DNA of 57,998 bases from Acidobacteriota bacterium (GTDB lineage: Bacteria; Acidobacteriota; Aminicenantia; Aminicenantales; Saccharicenantaceae), in contig JAKPCG010000106.1 of NCBI GenBank assembly GCA_029553365.1, positions 67,130 to 125,127 on the forward strand. Direction: 5' to 3'. Shown here piece by piece: positions 46,498-54,967 of the stretch (the stretch's first letter is position 1; every line of letters begins with the position of its first letter). The notes below the pieces were generated by a model, which worked only from the letters and a program-made list of their open reading frames with translations, searched no databases and was not told the origin of the DNA. The position numbers and the translations under genes are program-made.

Positions 46498-47546
46498 TGA
46501 CCGTTAATAAGGGCTCGGGCAAAACTGGAAAAAGAATAGAAAATGGGAGACCAGCCCTGGGTGCTATTGATATTGGCGGGACAAAAATTGCTTCGGGGCT
46601 GGTCAGTACTTCCGGCCGGGTCGTTTACAAGGCTCAAATCGAAACTCCTCCTGCCGGAGGAAAAGAAGCGGCCGAAGCTATTATTTCCCTGGCTCTTCAG
46701 CTTCAAACCGAGGCGAAAAAACGGAAACTCCGGGTTGGGGCTATCGGCCTCTGTATTCCTGGTCTGGTTAACCCGGCTTCAGGCCTCATCTGGGCGCCAA
46801 ATATCAAAGGCTGGAAAAATTTTAAGCTTCTGCCCTGGCTCGAGAAAAAAGTCGATAGCCAATTCTCCGCCGTGAGCGACAGGACTGCCTATGTCGAAGG
46901 TGAGGCCTGGCGTGGTGTGGCTCGCGGTAAGAAAAACGTCATCTATCTGGCCGTTGGCACAGGCATCGGGGCTGGTATCATGGTTGATGGCCGTGTCATC
47001 CATGGTCAGTCTGACCTGGCTGGTGCAGCCGGCTGGCTGGCGCTTAATCCGGAGTTTAAACCGGCTTATAAAAGAACAGGCTGTTTTGAAGCTGAGGCCA
47101 GTGGCCGCGCTCTCTTTCAAAAATCAAAGGAATTTATCCGGAAGCAGCCTGAACTTTTTGCCAGTCAGCACTCACGCCCGTCCGCGGCAGTTAAAAACCC
47201 GGTTGAAATTTTGTGTGAGGCAGCGCGGGCCGGCCAGACGGAAGCGGTCAAGGTGGTCGGTGAGATTCAAAAGTATCTGGCCATGGGAGTAGCCAACCTG
47301 GTCAGCCTGTTTAATCCGGAAATGATTGTTCTGGGTGGTGGTCTCTTCCGGTCAGCCGATCTTTTTTTTGAGCCGGTTAAGAAAAAATTCAAGCTCTGGG
47401 CTCAACCGCTGGCCGCCCGTGAAGTGGAAATTGTCCTCTCCTCGCTCGGGCAGGAGGCAGCCCTACTCGGTTGTGCCCGCTCGGCTTTAGTCTTGCTTGA
47501 TGAGAAGGCGCTTAAAGGCAGGAAGGAAGAAAGACGTAAAGTATAA
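46497..47546 (+). CDS. ROK family sugar kinase (glucokinase / N-acetylglucosamine kinase-like)
   Basis: The ATG overlaps the GH42 TAA (TAATG). 'LGAIDIGGTKIASGLV' is the ATP-binding motif and 'YLAVGTGIGAGIMVDGRV' is typical of ROK. Confidence 0.82.
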   Translation: MTVNKGSGKTGKRIENGRPALGAIDIGGTKIASGLVSTSGRVVYKAQIETPPAGGKEAAEAIISLALQLQTEAKKRKLRVGAIGLCIPGLVNPASGLIWAPNIKGWKNFKLLPWLEKKVDSQFSAVSDRTAYVEGEAWRGVARGKKNVIYLAVGTGIGAGIMVDGRVIHGQSDLAGAAGWLALNPEFKPAYKRTGCFEAEASGRALFQKSKEFIRKQPELFASQHSRPSAAVKNPVEILCEAARAGQTEAVKVVGEIQKYLAMGVANLVSLFNPEMIVLGGGLFRSADLFFEPVKKKFKLWAQPLAAREVEIVLSSLGQEAALLGCARSALVLLDEKALKGRKEERRKV

Positions 47547-47610
47547 AAAAGCTAATATCAGAAAACAAAGATGATTAGAAAATAAAGATAAAAAAAGGAA
47601 GGAGAAAGTC

Positions 47611-48450
47611 ATGGCAGGAATTGAATATTTAGAAAAAATCAAAGCTATTATTTCAAAAATTCAGAAAACACAGCAGGATAAAATTCAGCAGGCGGCGGAA
47701 CTCATGGCCGAGGCGATTGGTAGTGGTCATCGGGTCTATCTTTTTGGCAGCGGCCATTCAGTCCTGCCGGTCATGGATGTTTTCCCGCGCTACGGTAGCT
47801 TCGTTGGCTTTTATCCTCTCTATGACCCGAGACTCATGTGGCATAATGTCATCGGGCCAGGTGGAGCAAGAGAATTGCTCTGGATTGAAAGACAGGAAGG
47901 CTATGAAAAGATTTTCCTGCAAAGCTATGATTTCAGGCCGGGCGATGTGATTATCATCTTCTCTCATGGCGGGCGAAATGCCGCTCCGATTGAAGTTGCT
48001 CTGGGGGTCAAAGCTAAGGGAGTTAAAGTCATCAGTGTCTCCAGTCAGGCCAATATGAAGGTTTCCAGACCATCACATTCTTCCGGCAAATTTTTGTCGG
48101 AGCTGGCCGATATTGCTATTGATAATTGTGTTCCGCCCGAAGATGCTTTGATCGATGTGGGCCAGCCGGAAAAGGTCGGGGCAGGTTCGACTGTAGCGGC
48201 TGTGTCGGTGGCCATGTCGCTCGTCGCTGAGACCGGCGCCCGGCTGGCGAAGCAGGGCAAGCTGACCCCCACCTTTGTTTCTCCCAATGTGCCGGGAGTG
48301 GCACCTGACCACAATGACCGGGTTTATGAGGCCTTTACCCGCTTTTTCTACAGCCGACCGTTAAAACCACTGGATAGCAAACGGCCGCCTGAAGGTCAAA
48401 AGGGATCCGGACGTTCAACAGGGAAAGGCAGAAAAACGAACAAGGTTTGA
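47611..48450 (+). CDS. SIS (sugar isomerase) domain protein with basic low-complexity C-terminal tail
   Basis: SD GGAAGGAG lies upstream. 'RVYLFGSGHSVLP' and 'IIIFSHGGRNAAPIE' fit the SIS phosphosugar-binding fold. The tail is 'PPEGQKGSGRSTGKGRKTNKV'. Confidence 0.7.
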   Translation: MAGIEYLEKIKAIISKIQKTQQDKIQQAAELMAEAIGSGHRVYLFGSGHSVLPVMDVFPRYGSFVGFYPLYDPRLMWHNVIGPGGARELLWIERQEGYEKIFLQSYDFRPGDVIIIFSHGGRNAAPIEVALGVKAKGVKVISVSSQANMKVSRPSHSSGKFLSELADIAIDNCVPPEDALIDVGQPEKVGAGSTVAAVSVAMSLVAETGARLAKQGKLTPTFVSPNVPGVAPDHNDRVYEAFTRFFYSRPLKPLDSKRPPEGQKGSGRSTGKGRKTNKV

Positions 48451-48595
48451 AGCGTCTAGTGCGATGTAAAATTGACTCGCCAGCCACCGTGAGCCAGAGG
48501 ATAATGGAAGGGCTGATAAAAAATAAAAAAGAGAATAGAGAAGGGGTATCAGCCCATTTTAGGCTGTGAGGTTTTTACTTCAGGGAGGAGAAAGA

Positions 48596-49843
48596 ATGAA
48601 TAATCTCCAGAATGACGAAGAGAAAGAGATCCGGGAAGAAGCTGAAAAAGAAGAAGAGAACAATCACCTTCAGGACTTAGCCCGAAAGTTAACCATGGCC
48701 AGCTCAGCCGGCATTTTTATTTTCGGCATTATTATGGCTATTCTGGGCGCCATTTTACCCCAGCTGACCTCGCTTCTTCATCTGGATAAAGCCCAGGCTG
48801 GCAATCTTTTCTTTTTTATGAACCTGGGAATGCTGGCTGCTTCTATTGTTTTTGGCCCGCTGGTGGATAGATTTGGTTTTAAAATCTTTTTAGCCGGAAG
48901 CTCACTTCTGGTCAGTCTGTCTTTTGTCGGTCTGGCTTTTTCAGGCGGTTATTATGCTGTGCTTTTATCTGTTATTGTTCTCGGTCTGGCCGGTGGGGTG
49001 ATCAATGGTGGTAGCAATGCCCTGATTAATGATCTTCATCCCTCCCGGCGAGCAGCTGCTTTGAACTTCCTGGGAATTTTTTTCGGCATCGGGGCCATGC
49101 TCATTCCCCTCATTATCGGCACTTTTCTCCATCAGCTGGGATTGCGCTCTGTTATTCTGATGGCCGCTGGTTTGAGTCTTATTCCTTTTGTGCTTTTTTC
49201 TATTTTTTATTTTCCCCGGCCCAAGCAGCCTCAGGGCTTTCCTTTAAAAGAAATTAAAAAAATTGCCAGTTCCAGGCTTCTCTGGCTGGGAGCTTTTATT
49301 CTTTTCTTTGAATCAGGTAATGAATTTGCCATCGGCGGCTGGCTGACCACTTTCCTTCAGGAAAAATTTCAATTGGGCCTCGATCAAGCGGCTCTGATTC
49401 TTTCTGGCTACTGGTTTTTTCTGATGGTGGGACGCCTGACTTTTCCGCTTCTCAACCGCTGGCTGAAGAGAGACACCATCGTTTTTATCAGCGCTGCTCT
49501 GGCCCTGGTCTCAGTCAGTGGCTGGTTGCTTTCGCCTCTTAAAGGCCTGGCCGTGGTTTTTTCTCTCCTCACCGGTTACGGCCTGGCCGCCATCTATCCA
49601 ACCACTCTGGCGGTTATCGGCGATGAGTTTCCGGCTTTTTCAGGAACAGCTTTTTCTCTGGCCATCAGCACCGGCCTGGTCGGTGGCATGATTTCTCCCT
49701 GGCTGGTCGGTCAGCTCAGCCAGCATTATTCACTTCAGATTGGTTTGCTTGTCCCTGTTTTCAGCCTGTTTTTAATTATGGTTCTTCAGACCATTCTCAG
49801 CAGGGATAGGTCGAGCCAGAAAATATCTGCGGCGAAAAATTGA
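48596..49843 (+). CDS. MFS sugar transporter (fucose/glucose-galactose permease-like)
   Basis: GGGAGGAG precedes ATG 48596. There are about 12 TM segments. 'GPLVDRFGFK' is an MFS loop 2-3 motif. Confidence 0.78.
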   Translation: MNNLQNDEEKEIREEAEKEEENNHLQDLARKLTMASSAGIFIFGIIMAILGAILPQLTSLLHLDKAQAGNLFFFMNLGMLAASIVFGPLVDRFGFKIFLAGSSLLVSLSFVGLAFSGGYYAVLLSVIVLGLAGGVINGGSNALINDLHPSRRAAALNFLGIFFGIGAMLIPLIIGTFLHQLGLRSVILMAAGLSLIPFVLFSIFYFPRPKQPQGFPLKEIKKIASSRLLWLGAFILFFESGNEFAIGGWLTTFLQEKFQLGLDQAALILSGYWFFLMVGRLTFPLLNRWLKRDTIVFISAALALVSVSGWLLSPLKGLAVVFSLLTGYGLAAIYPTTLAVIGDEFPAFSGTAFSLAISTGLVGGMISPWLVGQLSQHYSLQIGLLVPVFSLFLIMVLQTILSRDRSSQKISAAKN

Positions 49844-49954
49844 AACAAATGAAAGGTAAACGGTGGCCGATAATACTTAATATTTCTATTAAATAGCCAG
49901 GGATAAAGGCAGAATGAAAAATAAATTCAGTCTCTGAACAGAAAGAGGAGGAAG

Positions 49955-50872
49955 ATGGCACCAAGATCAATAAAAGGGATAGGATCAAAGAGAGCCAGCC
50001 GGCTGGGTAGCAGCTTAATTTTAGGCTTGCTTCTCGTTTTCTCTCTGCTGGCGGCCGGGCTGGTTGAAGCTCAGAAGCCGGCGGTAGAGCTTATCGTCCG
50101 TGGAGACGACCTGGGCATGACCCACTCGGCCAATGAAGCTTTTGAGCTGGCTTTTAAGCGGGGGATTATCACCTGCGGTGGGTTAATTGTTCCCTCTCCC
50201 TGGTTTGAAGATGCGGTCAGAAGATGTCTCGAACATCAGGATTGGTCAGTGGGCATACATCTGTGCGTCAATGCTGAATGGAAAAACTACCGCTGGCGGC
50301 CGGTTCTACCTTATGATCAGGTTTTGAGCCTGGTTGACAGGAATGGGTTTTTTTATCCAACAGCTGAGGCTTTTCTGGCGGCGGGACCGAAAGTGGAAGA
50401 AGTGGAAAAAGAGCTCAGGGCGCAAATTGAACTGGCACTATCCTTCGGACTTAAACCTGATTATCTTGACACCCACATGGACAGTCTGGAAACAAAAGAA
50501 GAATTCAGGCAAGTGGTCAAAAAACTGGCGCGTGAATATGACTTACCTGTCTCCGGCTGGTGCGGTGAAGACCGAGAATTTTTTGATATTTATAATGTTG
50601 TGCCAGAAGAAAAAGAAAAGGTCTTAATCGAAAAACTAAAAAGCGCTAAGCCAGGACTTTATCTTCTCGTTGTTCATCCCGGGCTGGATACACCGGAGGA
50701 AAGGGCTCTGGTTGATCAGAATCCTGACGGCCTCAAAAATGTTTACCGCTACCGTTCAGCTGAAGTCAGAGCGATAACCAGCCCGAAGGTCAAAAAAGTT
50801 ATCAGCCAGAGAAAAATCAGATTGTTGAATTACCGCCAGCTAAAGGCTGAAGGCCGGGCAGTGGTCAGGTGA
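49955..50872 (+). CDS. YdjC/ChbG family carbohydrate deacetylase with N-terminal signal/anchor
   Basis: 'LIVRGDDLGMTHSANEA' is the YdjC metal/Asp motif, and 'DYLDTHMD' is also present. It is preceded by hydrophobic 'LILGLLLVFSLLAAGLVEA'. Confidence 0.78.
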   Translation: MAPRSIKGIGSKRASRLGSSLILGLLLVFSLLAAGLVEAQKPAVELIVRGDDLGMTHSANEAFELAFKRGIITCGGLIVPSPWFEDAVRRCLEHQDWSVGIHLCVNAEWKNYRWRPVLPYDQVLSLVDRNGFFYPTAEAFLAAGPKVEEVEKELRAQIELALSFGLKPDYLDTHMDSLETKEEFRQVVKKLAREYDLPVSGWCGEDREFFDIYNVVPEEKEKVLIEKLKSAKPGLYLLVVHPGLDTPEERALVDQNPDGLKNVYRYRSAEVRAITSPKVKKVISQRKIRLLNYRQLKAEGRAVVR

Positions 50873-51007
50873 TGATCATCTCATTAAAGACAAAGATAAA
50901 TGGTCAGGCACGGGCTGGACGATCTTAAAATTCAAGTCTCCTCGACAAAAGTGGTAAAGTGGTAAAATAGAAATCGGCTGAGATTTAAGTAAGAATGGAG
51001 TGAGAAT

Positions 51008-52186
51008 ATGACCAGACGAGTCATTAAAGGCAATCTGGTTTTGCCAGAAAAAGTGGTGGAAGAAGGCCTTCTTGTCATGGAAGATGCCCGTATAGCTGAG
51101 ATGCTCGGAGCCAGCCAGGCTTCCAAGCTGTTTGGTCCATCTGAAATCATTGATTACAGTGGCTTCTGGGTCACACCGGGCCTCATTGATGTTCATCTTC
51201 ATGGGGCGAGAGGCAAAGAAGCCATGGATGGTGAGGTGGAAAGCATCAGAGAAATGGCCAGGCATCAGGCCTCCTGCGGTGTGACGGGCTTTTTCCCGAC
51301 CACCCTGACCGCCAGTCAGGAAGCGCTTCTTCGGGCCGTCGAAGCGGTGAGAAAAGCCAGCGAGGAAAGCTTGCCGGCGGAAGTTCTCGGCATTCATCTG
51401 GAAGGTCCTTATATCAGCCAGAAGAGGAAAGGCGCTCAGGACCCAAATTATGTCCGGGAAATCGAAGAGAAAGAAATTCGGGAGTTTCAGTCTGCTCTGC
51501 AGGGCTTTAAAACCATGATTACCTTAGCCCCGGAGGTCGGTCAGAATTTAAACTATATACCAGAACTGGTTAAGGCCGGCTGGACGGTTTCGATCGGTCA
51601 CAGTGATGCCACCTATGATGAGGCGCGCAAGGGCTTTGCGGCTGGCGCCAATCATGCTACCCATCTTTTTAACGCCTGGCGTGAATTTCATCATCGCGAG
51701 CCGGGAGGAATAGGAGCAGCTCTTGACGAAGATCACGTCCTGGTGGAGTTAATTGCCGATGGAGTTCATATCCATCCTTCTTTCATCAGGCTGGCTGTTT
51801 TCCGTAAAGGTGTTGATCGTGTCTGCTTGATCACTGACTCTCTCAAGGAAGTTGGCCTGCCTGATGGCACTTATCCCTGGGGTGAGCTGCAGGTAGTTCT
51901 CAAGGGCCGGGAAATAAGACTCAAGGATAGCGGCGTTCTGGCCGGCTCGGTGCTTCATCTCAATCATGGGGTGTGGAATGTCCTTAACTGGACAGGGCTG
52001 TCTGTGCCGGAGGTGGTTAGAATGGCGACTTTAACCCCGGCCAGGAGTGTCGGATTGGAAGAGCTGGTCGGAAGTCTTGAGCCGGGTAAAAGAGCCAATG
52101 TGGCTGTCTTTGATAGAAATTTTGAGACGGTAGCCACTTTTGTGCGCGGAGAGAAAGTTTATTCAGCAGAAGGCGGCCATCTCTAG
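51008..52186 (+). CDS. nagA: N-acetylglucosamine-6-phosphate deacetylase
   Basis: 'GLIDVHLHGA', 'HLEGPYIS', 'SIGHSDATYDEA', 'NHATHLFNA' and 'LITDS' are the conserved NagA amidohydrolase motifs. Confidence 0.9.
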   Translation: MTRRVIKGNLVLPEKVVEEGLLVMEDARIAEMLGASQASKLFGPSEIIDYSGFWVTPGLIDVHLHGARGKEAMDGEVESIREMARHQASCGVTGFFPTTLTASQEALLRAVEAVRKASEESLPAEVLGIHLEGPYISQKRKGAQDPNYVREIEEKEIREFQSALQGFKTMITLAPEVGQNLNYIPELVKAGWTVSIGHSDATYDEARKGFAAGANHATHLFNAWREFHHREPGGIGAALDEDHVLVELIADGVHIHPSFIRLAVFRKGVDRVCLITDSLKEVGLPDGTYPWGELQVVLKGREIRLKDSGVLAGSVLHLNHGVWNVLNWTGLSVPEVVRMATLTPARSVGLEELVGSLEPGKRANVAVFDRNFETVATFVRGEKVYSAEGGHL

Positions 52187-52231
52187 AGCTTCAACTACCA
52201 TGGACTTTAAAAAACAGGAGAGGGGTAAATA

Positions 52232-54835
52232 ATGAGGAAAAAAATAAAATGGGCAGCGGGTTTTGTTCTATTTACCGGGCTCCTTTTTATCGGGCTCATC
52301 AGCTTAACCCGGTTAGCGGCGGCGGTGGAGCCACCTGAGTCGGCTAAAGCTGCAGGTAGAGATCCCTGGTCTGATTTTAAATTTCAGCCGGCTGGTCCCA
52401 ACCTGGCTGGATTTCCGGCCTGTTCTTTTACCCGACCATTTGGCTTTAAAATGAACTCTTTTGGCCACACCACAGCCGCCGGCAATATTGATAATAATGC
52501 CGAAGGCAGTGCTTGTCCGGTAGGAGGGCTGGGTGCCCCCGGCTTTGAGTGGACGATAAGCGGTAATTTCCGTTACTGGTTTTTAAAATCTGGCTGGTAT
52601 GTTGACGATAATCTGCCCGCTGATGCCTTCCATGTCTATCTAAAAAAAGGCAGACAGACAATTGTCAGGACGATAGCTACTGACCGTCCAGCTTCAGTTC
52701 TTCAGAGCTGGCCTTATCTGGGAGCAACCGGTCAGGCAGATTATTATGCTCTTTATCCTCGAAGCGGTATTTCGCTGGAAAGAATGAAGGACTGGCCGGT
52801 CAAGCTGGCTGTAGTCCAATTTTCGCCTGTTATTCCCCATAACTATAAAGAATCGAGCTACCCGGTGGCCATTTACAAATGGCTGGCCAGGAATACTTCC
52901 TCTGAGCCGGTTGAAGTTTCCATCATGCTGACCTGGGAAAATATGGTCGGCTGGGAAGCTTACTGGCCGGGAGGGATGGTTCCTGCCACTCAATTTGTCT
53001 GGGATAAGAAGAGCGGCGGCAACTACAGCGAATTTATGGCTGATGGCCAGAAGCAGGGCATAATATTCAGGGGACAGGGGCTGGATGTCAGGCGCGATTC
53101 AGGATTGGTAGGAACCATGGCCATTGCCACTTGGCAGGTGCCGGGAAGCGAGGTGACCTACCTGACTGATTTTGATCCGACCGGCGATGGCCGGGAAGTT
53201 ATGGGACCTTTTTCCTCGTCAGGAAGATTGCCTTCGAAAGAGGCAGGCAGCAGTAAAAATTCAAGAGTGGCTTCAGCTCTCTGCCTCAGCTTGAAATTGA
53301 GACCCGGCCAACAGCTGGAAATTCCTTTTGTTATCAGCTGGGATTTTCCCTATGATGAATTCGAGAAAGGCGTGAAATACAGGAAAAAATATACGGAATT
53401 TTTCGGCTCCGATGGGCAGCGGGCCATGAATATTGCCTTTGAAGCACTGGATAAATATCAGGAGTGGGAAAAGGCCATTGTCAGCTGGCAGAAGGGAATT
53501 GTCGATCGAAAAGATTGGCCACCGTGGTTCAAACAACTCCTTTTTAACGAACTTTATGTTTTGAGTGAGACCAGCCTGTGGGAAGCGACGACTGATTTAT
53601 TTACCTATCTCGAGAGTGCTGATTATTTAATGTACGGGACCTTTGATGTTGACTCCTATTGCTGGCAGATACTGGAGCTCTGGCCCGAACTCGAGATGAG
53701 AAATATTCGCTTTTTTGCTGAGGCTTTAAACCAGTTTGACCCGGCCTATAAGATTTATCAATACAACGAAACTTATCCCAATGAGGTCCCGGCCAGCAAA
53801 AAAGGTTATTACTGGAATATCAATAAAGAAAAGGGCATGATTCCTCATGACCTGGGCTCCCCTCGAGTTCGCCCTTTGGTTGTTCTCAATGCTTTTGACT
53901 GGCAGAATGGCAATGTCTGGAAAGATCTCAATCCGAAGTTTCCCCTGCGCGCTCTGCGTGACTATCTGGCTTCAGGCCGGCAGGATATTGATTTGCTGGC
54001 AGAACTGATGTCGGCTTCGGTCCTGGCTCTGGATACGCTTGAAAAAAAATTCGGCGATCCAGTCTCTCATCTTCCACAGAACGAAGGGATTCCCGATCAA
54101 ACTTATGACACCTGGCGAATGAAAGGGACCAGCGCCTATGTTGGCCTTCTCTGGTTGAGTTCTCTTCAGGCGGCAAACAAAATGGGCGAGCTGCTATTGG
54201 CCAGTGGCGTTGAAGAAATAGGGCGTCAAAAAATTAAAGATATCAGAAAAAGGTATGAGCAATGGATTGAAGCGGGCCGGAAAGACCTGGCCGGACTCTG
54301 GGATTCCGAGCGCCATTATTTTCATATTGACGCGGAAACCGATGATATTATGACTGACCAGCTTTTCGGGCTCTGGTATGGAGCGATGATTGGCCTCAAT
54401 AAACCTGAACCTTTATTCCCGGTTGAACAGGTTAAAGCCTGTCTCCAGACGATTTTTAAAAATAATGTTGCTGGTTATGGCGACGGACTGATGGGGGCGG
54501 TTAATGGCCGCCGCTCAGATGGCAGTCAGCTTTTGAGTCAGCAGGGTGATGAGGTCTGGGTTGGAACAGCTTATGCTTTTGCTGCCAACTGCTTCCTCCA
54601 CGGGCTGAAGAAAGAAGGCTGGCAGACCATCTACGGGCTTTACCGGGTTGTCTGGAGTCCCGAGGGACAGGGCTATTTTTTTAAAACGCCCGAGGCTTAT
54701 CTTAATCCGGAGGAAAAGCTCTGGAATGATCCTGCTAAAAATTATGGCGAGAATCTATTCCGGGCAATGAAATATATGAGACCGGGGGCAGTCTGGGCAG
54801 TTTACCGGTCTCTCCTAAGTTCTGAAGCCAGATAA
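52232..54835 (+). CDS. secreted GH116 family beta-glucosidase (GBA2/glucosylceramidase-like)
   Basis: 867 aa with a signal peptide. The N-terminal 'GLGAPGFEWTISGNF' belongs to the GBA2-type beta-sandwich. The C-terminal (alpha/alpha)6 region has 'DQTYDTW' and 'DQLFGLWY'. Confidence 0.75.
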   Translation: MRKKIKWAAGFVLFTGLLFIGLISLTRLAAAVEPPESAKAAGRDPWSDFKFQPAGPNLAGFPACSFTRPFGFKMNSFGHTTAAGNIDNNAEGSACPVGGLGAPGFEWTISGNFRYWFLKSGWYVDDNLPADAFHVYLKKGRQTIVRTIATDRPASVLQSWPYLGATGQADYYALYPRSGISLERMKDWPVKLAVVQFSPVIPHNYKESSYPVAIYKWLARNTSSEPVEVSIMLTWENMVGWEAYWPGGMVPATQFVWDKKSGGNYSEFMADGQKQGIIFRGQGLDVRRDSGLVGTMAIATWQVPGSEVTYLTDFDPTGDGREVMGPFSSSGRLPSKEAGSSKNSRVASALCLSLKLRPGQQLEIPFVISWDFPYDEFEKGVKYRKKYTEFFGSDGQRAMNIAFEALDKYQEWEKAIVSWQKGIVDRKDWPPWFKQLLFNELYVLSETSLWEATTDLFTYLESADYLMYGTFDVDSYCWQILELWPELEMRNIRFFAEALNQFDPAYKIYQYNETYPNEVPASKKGYYWNINKEKGMIPHDLGSPRVRPLVVLNAFDWQNGNVWKDLNPKFPLRALRDYLASGRQDIDLLAELMSASVLALDTLEKKFGDPVSHLPQNEGIPDQTYDTWRMKGTSAYVGLLWLSSLQAANKMGELLLASGVEEIGRQKIKDIRKRYEQWIEAGRKDLAGLWDSERHYFHIDAETDDIMTDQLFGLWYGAMIGLNKPEPLFPVEQVKACLQTIFKNNVAGYGDGLMGAVNGRRSDGSQLLSQQGDEVWVGTAYAFAANCFLHGLKKEGWQTIYGLYRVVWSPEGQGYFFKTPEAYLNPEEKLWNDPAKNYGENLFRAMKYMRPGAVWAVYRSLLSSEAR

Positions 54836-54967
54836 AATTAGATAAAAGGAGGGAAGAAAATAAGATTGATAAAATAAGGGAAATAAGAAGATCAGTTAAC
54901 TATGAGTCGCCGCCGTTTCATTTTATAATTTGGTGGCCATATGTGGCTAATTGATGGAGTTTGGTAG

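Noticed and set aside
50876-51397. 173-aa ORF on the - strand spanning the ydjC-nagA intergenic region and the nagA 5' end
   Set aside because: It overlaps the strongly supported nagA N-terminus on the opposite strand, with no family resemblance or RBS.
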